Assembly (NCBI GenBank): GCA_027325475.1
Contig: DAIEFO010000002.1
Span: forward strand, 1-25,636
Source of the DNA: Desulfobacteraceae bacterium
GTDB taxonomy: Bacteria; Desulfobacterota; Desulfobacteria; Desulfobacterales; Desulfatirhabdiaceae
Reading direction: 5' to 3'
Length of the DNA: 25,636 nt
The notes beneath the pieces are model-generated. The model saw only the letters and a program-made list of their open reading frames with translations, was not told the origin of the DNA and ran no database searches. Shown here piece by piece: positions 15,758 to 24,590 of the stretch (position 1 is its first letter; every line of letters starts with the position of its first letter). The translations under genes and the position numbers were made by a program.

Positions 15758-15773
15758 CGCAAGGAATATACCA
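15758..15773 (-). promoter_or_regulatory. Sigma54 -24/-12 promoter of gabT
   Basis: The minus strand reads TGGTATATTCCTTGCG: GG-N10-GC, pointing to gabT. Confidence 0.7.
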
Positions 15774-16064
15774 GTTTGTCATTTGCCGGGCTCAGGTTGC
15801 TGAATATAAGACAATCCTCCGATCAGCCTGTTTTCTGTTCGTTTGGCCCGGATTCCTTCTCGAAATTGCGACTTCAGCCATCTCCGACCATGAAAAATGA
15901 ACTCTTTATCATAACAGGTAACGCTCATTGCCGTTTGGGGGTCTGGAAGAATCCAATGCAGGGGCTGGCTCAAGCCAAGTTGAATGTCCGCAAGCTGCAT
16001 TATGCGCCTCTGGATATTATATGAAGCCTTCAAGATTTCGTACAGAGAGCATAAGAATGTAAAG

Positions 16065-16092
16065 TTGCATATATTATGCAGATGTGCATAAT
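16065..16092 (+). promoter_or_regulatory. Possible sigma70 promoter of the regulator gene, overlapping the upstream palindrome
   Basis: TTGCAT (16065-16070) - 16 nt - CATAAT (16087-16092). Confidence 0.35.
16075..16090. promoter_or_regulatory. Putative enhancer (UAS) palindrome 1
   Basis: TATGCA-GATG-TGCATA; same arms and spacing as 18141-18156. Confidence 0.6.
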
Positions 16093-16106
16093 AAGAACAC
16101 ATCTCA

Positions 16107-16289
16107 GAGGGTTTTGAAAAAGTTCGCAGGCAAGATGGATGTCCTCGTAAAAAGTCGATTTGGGGACGGCTTTGTAAAAAGTTCGCAGGCAAGGCGCGCA
16201 AATCCTGAGGGATGAAGCGTACTTTTGGATACGCTGCAATGACGAAGGATGCGGCGCAACGCAGCATCCGGACTTTTTACAAAGCCGTC
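16107..16289 (+). repeat. Stack of repeat termini plus a full 125-bp TIR element
   Basis: Truncated left end 16107-16134; 27-bp leader 16138-16164; core 16165-16289 with perfect 18-bp TIRs GACGGCTTTGTAAAAAGT / ACTTTTTACAAAGCCGTC and internal hairpins. Confidence 0.88.
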
Positions 16290-16344
16290 AATTTTAAGAT
16301 GCTGGAAAATCAGGACGTTGTTTTCAAAAATGGAGAAATCACCA

Positions 16345-18138
16345 ATGCAGAACGAATCTCTGCCCATATCATTCTTATCACCCGCCGAGGCGTGGATATA
16401 TATGTCTGTCCTGTCAAACATTCGGGAAGCGGTTGTTGCGGTTCTTCCGACCGGGGTGATCGGTTACGTCAACCCTGCGGCGTCCGCCGCTTTCGGGCTG
16501 ACGCTTGGTATCCAATTTGAATCAAAGTTTCCTGAACTGAAACAACCGCTGATGCGTGTCCTCAAGAGTCGCCAGGATTGCCTGAATGTTAATATCACCA
16601 TTGATCGGTGCGAATATCAGGTCAATCTCTATGCGCTCCGTGAACAGGACCAACCGATCTGGGCGGTGTGCATTTTGGAAAATCATACCGAAATGAACCG
16701 GACAATTCAACAAATGCTGTCATTTCAAGAACTTTCTCGTGAGCTTGACACAATCATCGACGCCGCTTATGACGGACTGTGGATTTGCGACGCCAATGCC
16801 ACAGTTCTTCGGATCAACGCCGCTTCCGAGCGTCTGAACAATCTTCGGGCATCCGAAGTGGTCGGCCGCAATATGTCGGATTTAATTGCCGAGGGGTTTA
16901 TCAACCGGTCTGCGACGCTGGAAGTGATCAAAACCGGTAAAACAGCCACACTGCTTCAAAACACGGGCACAGGCCGCAAACTCATGATTACGGGCAATCC
17001 CATTTTCGATGAAACCGGTCAATTGGTGCGCGTTGTCGTGAATGAACGGGACATCACGGAAATTGACGCCCTGCACGAAGCGTTACAGCATCAGGAGGCC
17101 ATCAAGAATCAGTATCGGAATCACATGCTTGAAATGCAGCTTGCGGAAATGGAGTCCCGCCGGATTATCGCCCGGAGTCCCTGTATGACCAAACTTCTTC
17201 AGCAGGCTATCAAGGTCAGCAAGGTGGATTCAACGGCCATCATCCTGGGAGAGTCTGGAGCCGGCAAGGAATTGGTCGCCGATCTCATCCATAAGCACTC
17301 GAAAAGGGCAACCCAGCCCATGATCAAGATCAACTGCGGCGCCATCCCTGAATCGCTGGTCGAGTCCGAACTCTTTGGTTATGAAAAAGGCGCCTTCACC
17401 GGTGCTCAAAAACAGGGAAAACCTGGATATCTGGAACTGGCCCAGGACGGCATGCTGTTCCTGGACGAGGTTGCGGAGCTTCCTCTGGCTTCGCAGGTCA
17501 AGCTTCTTCGGTTTCTGGAAGACGGCATGGTCTGCCGTGTCGGTGGTGTGAAGAGCTACAAGCTCAACGTCCGCATCCTGACTGCCACCAACCGGGACCT
17601 CAAAGAAATGGTGCGAACCGGTGCTTTCCGAAAAGATCTGTTTTATCGGCTGCACGTCATTCCTCTCCATGTACCGCCCTTGAGAGAGCGAACCGAGTGT
17701 ATTCTGCCGCTGCTCCATCACTACCTTCATTATTTCACCGATAAAATCGGTAAAACCGGATTTATTCGCCTTTCCAAACCGGTTACGGACATCCTTCTTT
17801 CGTATCCTTATCCCGGAAATGTCCGTGAGCTGATCAATATCTGTGAACGAGCGGTTGTCATGTGTGACGGCGAGTGGATATCTCTGGACGATCTGCCTCG
17901 GGACGTAACCGATGCCGCCAATTCCAAGGAAATCTTCGATATGGTGAATTTATCCTGTTGCTCCCTCAAGGAACTCATGGAAAACTTCGAACGTTCCGTG
18001 CTGGTCAAAGCCACCGCTCAGTACGCCACCCAGAAAAAGATCGCCGCAGCCCTGGGGGTCAATCAGGCCACCATCGCACGGAAATTGAAACGATACGCCG
18101 TCCCCTTGAACGCATTCAGAGAGTTTGCTGCGCACTGA
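16345..18138 (+). CDS. PAS-domain sigma54-dependent transcriptional activator (bEBP)
   Basis: Start moved to ATG 16345 (GGAGA RBS; the ORF-track extension lies in the repeat). Two PAS-like segments, Walker A GESGAGKE, intact ESELFGYEKGAFTGA, LFLDEV, RKDLFYRL, YPGNVREL, C-terminal HTH. No receiver domain. Confidence 0.92.
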   Translation: MQNESLPISFLSPAEAWIYMSVLSNIREAVVAVLPTGVIGYVNPAASAAFGLTLGIQFESKFPELKQPLMRVLKSRQDCLNVNITIDRCEYQVNLYALREQDQPIWAVCILENHTEMNRTIQQMLSFQELSRELDTIIDAAYDGLWICDANATVLRINAASERLNNLRASEVVGRNMSDLIAEGFINRSATLEVIKTGKTATLLQNTGTGRKLMITGNPIFDETGQLVRVVVNERDITEIDALHEALQHQEAIKNQYRNHMLEMQLAEMESRRIIARSPCMTKLLQQAIKVSKVDSTAIILGESGAGKELVADLIHKHSKRATQPMIKINCGAIPESLVESELFGYEKGAFTGAQKQGKPGYLELAQDGMLFLDEVAELPLASQVKLLRFLEDGMVCRVGGVKSYKLNVRILTATNRDLKEMVRTGAFRKDLFYRLHVIPLHVPPLRERTECILPLLHHYLHYFTDKIGKTGFIRLSKPVTDILLSYPYPGNVRELINICERAVVMCDGEWISLDDLPRDVTDAANSKEIFDMVNLSCCSLKELMENFERSVLVKATAQYATQKKIAAALGVNQATIARKLKRYAVPLNAFREFAAH

Positions 18139-18160
18139 TATATGCAATATTGCATATATC
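18137..18160. promoter_or_regulatory. Putative enhancer (UAS) palindrome 2
   Basis: Perfect 24-bp palindrome GATATATGCAATATTGCATATATC with core TATGCA-N4-TGCATA, overlapping the regulator stop codon. Confidence 0.7.
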
Positions 18161-18363
18161 AGGTCATAATGTTGCAAATTACCAGACTGCGGCGGTAATA
18201 TGCCATTTAGAGATTGGATGGGATCCCGTTGCTGCAAGGAACATTCTGTTCTTATCCCTTAAAAATATATATTTTGTTCATTATTATCGCCTGCCTATAA
18301 ATTACATTTTTGTTATTAATTGTTCGATCGGTCCACCCTTTCATTTTTTTTACAAATCACTTC

Positions 18364-18409
18364 AATAACAGGTTGATATTAAATTATGTTTTAATATCAA
18401 CCTGTTATT
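18364..18409. promoter_or_regulatory. 20-bp perfect inverted repeat with an IHF consensus in each arm
   Basis: AATAACAGGTTGATATTAAA-N6-TTTAATATCAACCTGTTATT; TATCAACCTGTTA (18395-18407) fits WATCAANNNNTTR. Lies between the UAS and the sigma54 promoter. Confidence 0.6.
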
Positions 18410-18453
18410 TCTTGCATGGCGGATTTGGCGACGGAAAAATTCTTGGAAAGAAG

Positions 18454-18469
18454 TGGCATGTAACTTGCT
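18454..18469 (+). promoter_or_regulatory. Sigma54 -24/-12 promoter of the ABC transporter operon
   Basis: TGGCATGTAACTTGCT, near-perfect consensus, about 65 bp upstream of the ATG at 18536. Confidence 0.85.
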
Positions 18470-18535
18470 GAACTTGTTTACAGCACGCTGTCAACGGTTG
18501 AACGGTTATTTATTCATTCATTTCAAGGAGGCAAC

Positions 18536-19771
18536 ATGAAGGGACGAACCAGGTTAATGGCTTTACTGTTGGTTTTGGTGATGTCTGTTCCGGTATGGGC
18601 GGATCAGGCGAGAGACTACTTCAAGGTCGGCGTTATTACCTCACTTTCTGGCAGTCTGGCTACCGGCGGCAATGTCACCAAACGCGGCTACGATTTATGG
18701 GCGAATGCCGTGAACAAGGCAGGCGGCATTGAGATCAAAGGCAAAAAATATCCGGTGAAACTTTATTATGTGGATGATCAGTCCGAACCCGCCCAAGGTG
18801 CTTCCGCCGCCGAGCGGTTGGCCACTCAGGAAAAAGTCGATTTCGTCCTGGGGCCCTATGCATCCGGTCTTACCCTTGCAGCCGCACCTGTCCTAGAAAA
18901 ATATAAAATCCCAATGATTACGGGATCTGCAGAATCTCCGTTAATCTGGAAGGAAAAATTTCATTACACCTTCGGCACCATTCCTCCTGTGAATTATACC
19001 GGTTCAGCGCCTATTGACACTCTGGCCAAGCTTGACCCTAAACCCAAAACAGCTCTGATCCTGGGCTCCAACGATGCATTTTCCAAAGCGACAGCCGAAG
19101 CTTTCCAGGATGCTGCCATCAAAGCCGGCATCAAGATTCTGAAATTTAACATAGTTCCCTCCGGGCAGGATTTGATTCCCTATCTTTCCGCCGCAAAGGC
19201 CATGCAGCCGGATATAATTGCTTTCGGAGGTCATGATGAGGAACTGATCAACTTTGTCAAGGCTCTCAATCAGATCAACTACACGCCCAAGGCTTTGCTG
19301 ATGCACTACGGTGTTACTGAACCGGCTTTCATTGAAGCGCTGGGAAAAAGTGCAAATCAGGTTTTTGGCGCCTCCGTATGGACAGATTCCATTCATACCA
19401 AGGGCGAAGTCCTGTGGCCTGACGCCAAATCGTACGCTGAAGCCGCCATGAAGGCCTACAATGTACCGGCCGATTACACGCAGGCAGGTTCTTCCGCTGC
19501 CGGCATTGCTTTTCAAGAAGCTCTGATCAAAATCAACGCCGTTCCCCCGCTGGACGAAAAAAAGCGGGATGAATTGGTTACCGCTCTTGAAAATCTGAAA
19601 GTTCAGACTTTTTATGGTCAGATCGCCTTCGCCACCTCAGGCCAGTTCTTTCACGCCAATGTGGGCCTGACACCGCTCACCATCCAGATTCAGGACGGCA
19701 AGGTTGTTGTCGTAGGGCCGCCCAATCTGGCAGAGAGCAAGCCGATATATCCTATGAAAGCCAATAAATAG
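18536..19771 (+). CDS. Liv/HAAT-family ABC transporter substrate-binding protein
   Basis: 411 aa. Signal peptide (VWA|DQ), KVGVITSLSG, INxxGG-like NAVNKAGGI, YVDDQSEP, VLGPYASG. AAGGAGG RBS. Confidence 0.9.
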   Translation: MKGRTRLMALLLVLVMSVPVWADQARDYFKVGVITSLSGSLATGGNVTKRGYDLWANAVNKAGGIEIKGKKYPVKLYYVDDQSEPAQGASAAERLATQEKVDFVLGPYASGLTLAAAPVLEKYKIPMITGSAESPLIWKEKFHYTFGTIPPVNYTGSAPIDTLAKLDPKPKTALILGSNDAFSKATAEAFQDAAIKAGIKILKFNIVPSGQDLIPYLSAAKAMQPDIIAFGGHDEELINFVKALNQINYTPKALLMHYGVTEPAFIEALGKSANQVFGASVWTDSIHTKGEVLWPDAKSYAEAAMKAYNVPADYTQAGSSAAGIAFQEALIKINAVPPLDEKKRDELVTALENLKVQTFYGQIAFATSGQFFHANVGLTPLTIQIQDGKVVVVGPPNLAESKPIYPMKANK

Positions 19772-19857
19772 ATATTTCATGCCAACATCTGTCATGAATG
19801 TGTTCATCCCCTGAATAATTCAGGAACGAATCGATCAATCAGGGGAAACTCAAAATC

Positions 19858-20010
19858 GATGCCCTTGGAAAAAGTCGAATTTCAGACGGCTTTGTAAAAT
19901 ATTCACCGGCAGAGCGCACAAATCCATAAGGAGTTAGGCGTACTTTTGAGTGTGCCGCAACGACAAAGGGTGCTGTGCTGAAGCGGCTACGGACTTTTTA
20001 CAAAGTCGTC
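19858..20010 (+). repeat. Leader plus diverged full TIR element
   Basis: 27-bp leader GATGCCCTTGGAAAAAGTCGAATTTCA (19858-19884); core 19885-20010, GACGGCTTTGTAAAA...ACTTTTTACAAAGTCGTC. Confidence 0.85.
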
Positions 20011-20099
20011 AGGATTTTTCTTTTGACGATGAGGGACGCGGGGGACGGTCAACCAGACGATCCCCCCGGAATTTCGCAGGATCAATCGGAGCATACACC

Positions 20100-20984
20100 A
20101 TGGAACTACTACCTCAGGCCCTGATAGACGGCCTGCTGATCGGCGGTATTTACATCACGATCGCGATCGGATTTTCCCTGGCCTACGGCGTCATGCACAT
20201 CATCGATTTCGCCGTCGGCGAATGGATCATGCTGGGGGCTTTTCTCGGATATTACCTCAACCTGTGGTCAGCTCTGGATCCGTTTATCCTCCTGCCGGCG
20301 GTATTTCTGGCTTTCTTTCTCATTGGATATTTGATCCAGCCTCTGGTTTATCGGGTCATCAGCGGAAAAAAAGGCAATCCCGTCCTCATGGGGCTGGTAT
20401 TCACCTTCGGACTGGGTTTGATGTTTCGAGGCTCCGCCCTGACAGGTTTCGGTTTTTATTCTCACTCCATTCCATCAGCGATTTCGCAAAATTCCTTTTT
20501 TCTGGAAATGGGTGGTATGTTCATCACCATCCCATATGTACGTCTGGCCGGTCTCCTGTACGCCCTGGCCGTCACGATGGTGCTGCACTTCGTCCTGAAA
20601 AAAACCAATTTCGGCCGGGCAGTCAGAGCCCTGTCACAGCACCGTGAAGCCTCCGGTCTGATGGGGATCAACGCCAAACGGATCAGTTCTTACGTTTATG
20701 GTATTTATGTGGGAATCAGCGCCATGACCGGCGTCATCATTGGAAGCATTTTCACCATCAATGCCCAGATGGGCGGAGAATATTCCATTCTGGCGTTTTT
20801 TATTGTAGTGCTGGCGGGCATGGGATATCTGCCCGGCGTCCCATGGGCCTCGTTTCTTCTTGGGCTGGTGCAGTCATTTTTTCTTATCTATCTGAATCCC
20901 AGTTACACTCTGATGGCTGTTTTCGGCATTCTGTTCACCATTTTGTTAATTTCCCCCAAAGGGCTGTTTGGAAGAGGCGTATGA
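20100..20984 (+). CDS. livH: Liv-type ABC transporter permease
   Basis: Start moved to ATG 20100 (MELLPQALIDGLLIGGIY). IGFSLAYGVMHIIDFA.G, KTNFGRAVRALSQ...A.LMGIN, VVLAGMG. Confidence 0.88.
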   Translation: MELLPQALIDGLLIGGIYITIAIGFSLAYGVMHIIDFAVGEWIMLGAFLGYYLNLWSALDPFILLPAVFLAFFLIGYLIQPLVYRVISGKKGNPVLMGLVFTFGLGLMFRGSALTGFGFYSHSIPSAISQNSFFLEMGGMFITIPYVRLAGLLYALAVTMVLHFVLKKTNFGRAVRALSQHREASGLMGINAKRISSYVYGIYVGISAMTGVIIGSIFTINAQMGGEYSILAFFIVVLAGMGYLPGVPWASFLLGLVQSFFLIYLNPSYTLMAVFGILFTILLISPKGLFGRGV

Positions 20985-21961
20985 GCCGAAAGTATCTTTT
21001 ATTGATTCTGTTCTGCGGTATTTTACTGGCGGTGCCTTCCATAGTCCGCGACACGTTCTATCTGCGGATCGTCACGGAAGCCTTCATGTGGATCGGTCTG
21101 GCCATTTCCTGGGATGTTCTGGCAGGATACACCGGCTATCTGAATTTCGGACATGGCATATTTTTCGGAGTCGGGGCATATACCACCTCCATCCTCATGA
21201 ATCTATGCGGCTGGTCGTTTTTCATGACGCTTCCTGTCTCGGCTCTGGTGGCTGCCGTTGTGGCCGTGATTGCCGGAATTCCGACCCTTCGACTGAAGGG
21301 CGCCTATTTCGCCATTGCTACCTGGGCACTGGCCAGAGCCATCCAGCAGATGGTGCTGGTCGCCAGCTTCACTGGCGGACCCGATGGCATGCGGTTGCCC
21401 CCGTTTCTGCATCCGGGCTTCTTCTATTATACTATGCTGATCGTGGTAGGCGGTGTTTTCGCTCTCAACTGGTTCCTGCTGGAAAAAGCGCCGTTCGGAC
21501 TGAAAGTCAAGGCAATCCGCGAAGACGATCAGAGCGCTATGTCTCTGGGACTAAATCCGACAAAAATCAAGCTCCAGGCATTTCTTCTTTCCGCTGTGCC
21601 CGCCGGAATCCTGGGCGCCATTTATGCCTACTGGATCACGTATATCGATCCTGCATCCGTTCTCGGCGATATGGTGACGGATCAGGCTGTGGTTATGGCG
21701 GTATTCGGGGGACTTGGCACCCTGATAGGCCCGGCCATCGGCGCTGTCATTATCTTTTTATTCAAGACATATTTCTGGGCATATCTGTCCGATTATCAGG
21801 TTCTCTACCTGATAATTCTAGGGGGGGTGATTGCAGCCAGCGTTGTTTTCCTGCCCAATGGTCTGTGGGGAACGATCACAAGTTACCGGCAATCCGACAA
21901 GGCTCTGAAGCACGAACCGGTTTCTTCCCGCTCAGACGATAAAGGAGACCCTCATGTCTGA
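20981..21961 (+). CDS. livM: Liv-type ABC transporter permease
   Basis: ATG 20981 overlaps the livH stop. GYTGYLNFGHGIFFGVGAY, LRLKGAYFAIAT, FTGGPDG, GLKVKAIRED, FGGLGTLIGPAIGA. Confidence 0.88.
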   Translation: MSRKYLLLILFCGILLAVPSIVRDTFYLRIVTEAFMWIGLAISWDVLAGYTGYLNFGHGIFFGVGAYTTSILMNLCGWSFFMTLPVSALVAAVVAVIAGIPTLRLKGAYFAIATWALARAIQQMVLVASFTGGPDGMRLPPFLHPGFFYYTMLIVVGGVFALNWFLLEKAPFGLKVKAIREDDQSAMSLGLNPTKIKLQAFLLSAVPAGILGAIYAYWITYIDPASVLGDMVTDQAVVMAVFGGLGTLIGPAIGAVIIFLFKTYFWAYLSDYQVLYLIILGGVIAASVVFLPNGLWGTITSYRQSDKALKHEPVSSRSDDKGDPHV

Positions 21962-22679
21962 ACCTTTTCTTCAAGTCAATGCCGTCACCAAAACATTTGG
22001 GGGATTGCACGCGGTTTTTCAAGTATCTTTTCAGATGAACGCCGGTGAAATCATTGGGCTTATCGGCCCGAACGGCGCTGGAAAAACCACGCTCTTTAAT
22101 GTGATCAGCGGTTTTTATGCGCCTAATAGTGGCAAAATCCTTTTTAAAAATCTGGATATCAGCGGCAAACCGCCTTATAAACTCGCCAGACTCGGTATCG
22201 GCCGCACCTTTCAGGTCGTAAAACCTTTCGCGGGTCTTACGGTTCTGGAAAACGTCGTTATCGCCTCATTTGTCAAATATCCTCAACGCCGCAAGGCGGA
22301 AAAACATGCCTGGCAGATTCTGGAAATGACGGGTCTGGTGGATCGGGCCAATGTCCAGGCATCCAGTCTGACCCTGGCCGGTCGAAAGCGTCTTGAGGTC
22401 AGCAAGGCTCTGGCCTTGGAGCCGACGCTGCTGCTTCTTGACGAAGTGGTGGCAGGCTTGAATCCGACAGAAGCGGATCGCACCATCGAGCTTATTCTGT
22501 CTCTACGCAGCCAGGGTATCACCATTCTGATTGTCGAGCACATTATGCGGGTTATTATGAACATCAGCGACCGCGTCGTGGTACTCAACTTCGGGCAGAA
22601 AATCGCGGAAGGCAGTCCCCGGGATGTGGCCAAAAATCCCGAGGTCATTCAAGCATATCTGGGAGAGGCGCCACAATGA
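21954..22679 (+). CDS. livG: Liv-type ABC transporter ATP-binding protein
   Basis: FGGL.AV, GPNGAGKTT, GIGRTFQ, LLLLDEVVAGLN, IVEH, VI.AYLG. Confidence 0.92.
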   Translation: MSEPFLQVNAVTKTFGGLHAVFQVSFQMNAGEIIGLIGPNGAGKTTLFNVISGFYAPNSGKILFKNLDISGKPPYKLARLGIGRTFQVVKPFAGLTVLENVVIASFVKYPQRRKAEKHAWQILEMTGLVDRANVQASSLTLAGRKRLEVSKALALEPTLLLLDEVVAGLNPTEADRTIELILSLRSQGITILIVEHIMRVIMNISDRVVVLNFGQKIAEGSPRDVAKNPEVIQAYLGEAPQ

Positions 22680-23386
22680 ACATTCTGAACATCAAGGACA
22701 TTTCCGTGTGTTATGGCGATATCCAGGTTCTATGGGATATCTCCCTTTCTGTCACCTCAGGGCAGATCGTAGCGCTTCTTGGAACAAACGGCGCTGGAAA
22801 AACCACAACCCTGAAAACGATATGCGGTTTGCTGCCGAGCGTTTCCGGCCAGATAGATTTTGAAGGAAAGGCCATCAGCGGCTTTCCTGTTCACGATATC
22901 ACCAATCTTGGAATCACTCTGGTTCCCGAAGGTCGTCAGCTTTTCCCCAAAATGAATGTCGAAGAAAATCTGCTGATCGGCTCTTATCTGCGCCGGACTC
23001 ATGAACACCGGGCCAGAAATCTGAAAACGGTCTATGAACTTTTTCCCCGGCTTGCCGAACGAAAAAATCAGACTGCGGAAACCCTGTCCGGCGGCGAACA
23101 GCAGATGGTGGCTATCGGTCGGGCGTTGATGCAGAACCCGAAGCTCATCATGTTCGATGAACCCAGCCTGGGACTTTCCCCAATACTGGTTCAGGAAGTG
23201 TTTCGAGTCATCCAGGAATTGCACGGTCAGGGACTGACAATTTTTCTGGTCGAGCAGAATGTTCACCAGACACTTAAAATTGCCGATTACTGTTATGTTC
23301 TGGAAAACGGGCGCGTGGTGAAGGAAGGTGCGGGAAAGGATATGGAACAGGATACCGCTATCCGGGAGGCCTATCTGGGTTTCTGA
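22676..23386 (+). CDS. livF: Liv-type ABC transporter ATP-binding protein
   Basis: GTNGAGKTT, VPEGRQLF, LSGGEQQMVAIGRALM, DEPSLGL, LVEQNV, REAYLG. Confidence 0.92.
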   Translation: MNILNIKDISVCYGDIQVLWDISLSVTSGQIVALLGTNGAGKTTTLKTICGLLPSVSGQIDFEGKAISGFPVHDITNLGITLVPEGRQLFPKMNVEENLLIGSYLRRTHEHRARNLKTVYELFPRLAERKNQTAETLSGGEQQMVAIGRALMQNPKLIMFDEPSLGLSPILVQEVFRVIQELHGQGLTIFLVEQNVHQTLKIADYCYVLENGRVVKEGAGKDMEQDTAIREAYLGF

Positions 23387-23491
23387 AGTGTCGCGTGAGA
23401 CTCCCCACATCCTTCCTTTTTCCTTTCCCGGCTTTTTGTTCGGACAGTAATCGCTGAAGCGTCTATCCGTCGGTTGTCAACACATTACCGT

Positions 23492-23514
23492 AATCGACTT
23501 TTTACGAGGGCATC
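23492..23514 (-). repeat. Solo repeat leader/terminus
   Basis: Reverse complement GATGCCCTCGTAAAAAGTCGATT is 22/23 identical to 16138-16160. Confidence 0.75.
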
Positions 23515-23576
23515 AATTTTACTTCAGTGAAGATGTATCGCCTGAAATCTTTCAATAAAATTGTTAAAATTCGGTA

Positions 23577-23585
23577 TGTTATAAT
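23577..23585 (+). promoter_or_regulatory. Extended -10 sigma70 promoter for gctAB
   Basis: TG-T-TATAAT (TGnTATAAT) just upstream of the AAGGAG RBS and the ATG at 23609. Confidence 0.5.
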
Positions 23586-23608
23586 ATTATGGGTCAAGGA
23601 GCCAATAC

Positions 23609-24586
23609 ATGAGCATCAATCGAGATAAAGTGATGACGCTGAAAGATGCGATCAAAACGTATGTCACAGATGGATGTCACATATCGATCGGCGGATTCAC
23701 GGTCAGCCGCAATCCCATGGCCGCCGTCTTTGAGATCATGCGGCAACGAAAGAGAAATCTTCATTGTTATGCCCATTCAAACGGTACGGGTATTGACGAG
23801 CTTGTCGGCGGCGGATGTATTTCAAAGCTTGAGATCGCCTATGGGGGAAACGGCAAGGCGGCCCCGACTTGTATTCGTTTTAAATCAGCCATTCAAAACA
23901 GAGAGATTCTTTTCGAAGATTATTCGAATTACCAGATGTCTCTTCGCTTTCATGCCGGCGCTATGGGTGTTCCATTTATTGCGACACGATCCGGATTAGG
24001 GACGGATATTTTAAAAAAATGGGGATTTTCTGAACAAATGAGGAGTAAGGATCCGAAGTTGCCTGATAAAAAAATTGAAATCATTGATAATCCTTTCAAC
24101 GGATGGGCAGGCGCTTCGAAGGTGGTGCTGGTTCCGGCAATAAACCCCGACATCACAATCATTCACGTTCAGAAAGCGGATAAGTATGGCACATGTAGGA
24201 TCGAAGGGCTGAACTTCGCCGATGTCGATCAAGTTAAGGCATCGCGAAATGTCATCGTTACCTGCGAAGAGATCGTCGATACAGATACGCTGAGAGAAAA
24301 ACCTGAATACAACCAAATCCCGTTTATTCATGTAAGCGCTGTTGTCCATGTCCAGTACGGCGCATATCCCTCCGCATGCTACAATTATTATGATTATGAC
24401 CCCAAATACTTGAGCCAGACCAGCAAATTCGCCAAAGACGACAGGTTATACGAAGAATACCTGAAAAAATTTGTCTATGGTGTGAAAGACCACCAGGAAC
24501 TACTGAATCTCATAGAAAAAGAGCAATTAAAAAATATTTCAGCGGACAAACGCACTGGATATGCCACCGGTTTGGACAGGCGATAG
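23609..24586 (+). CDS. gctA: Family I CoA-transferase subunit A, glutaconate CoA-transferase-like
   Basis: KVMTLKDAI..YV..G.HISIGGFT..R.P.AAVFEI.RQ, EDYS, HAGAMGVPF, IDNPF, VTCEEIV, YGAYPS.CY..YDYD; collinear with recalled Acidaminococcus GctA. Confidence 0.85.
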   Translation: MSINRDKVMTLKDAIKTYVTDGCHISIGGFTVSRNPMAAVFEIMRQRKRNLHCYAHSNGTGIDELVGGGCISKLEIAYGGNGKAAPTCIRFKSAIQNREILFEDYSNYQMSLRFHAGAMGVPFIATRSGLGTDILKKWGFSEQMRSKDPKLPDKKIEIIDNPFNGWAGASKVVLVPAINPDITIIHVQKADKYGTCRIEGLNFADVDQVKASRNVIVTCEEIVDTDTLREKPEYNQIPFIHVSAVVHVQYGAYPSACYNYYDYDPKYLSQTSKFAKDDRLYEEYLKKFVYGVKDHQELLNLIEKEQLKNISADKRTGYATGLDRR

Positions 24587-24590
24587 GCTG

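Noticed and set aside
15745-15761. TTACGCA direct repeat at the gabT promoter and the same 9-mer at the window end (25628-25636)
   Set aside because: 9-mer matches are expected by chance in 25 kb, and the downstream context is cut off.
15776-16267. Small ORFs in the gabT-regulator intergenic region (82, 162, 69 and 105 aa)
   Set aside because: They start in or cross the repeat and regulatory sites and have no RBS or motif support; the MKNELFIITGNAH likeness to PRPP synthetase is too short to trust.
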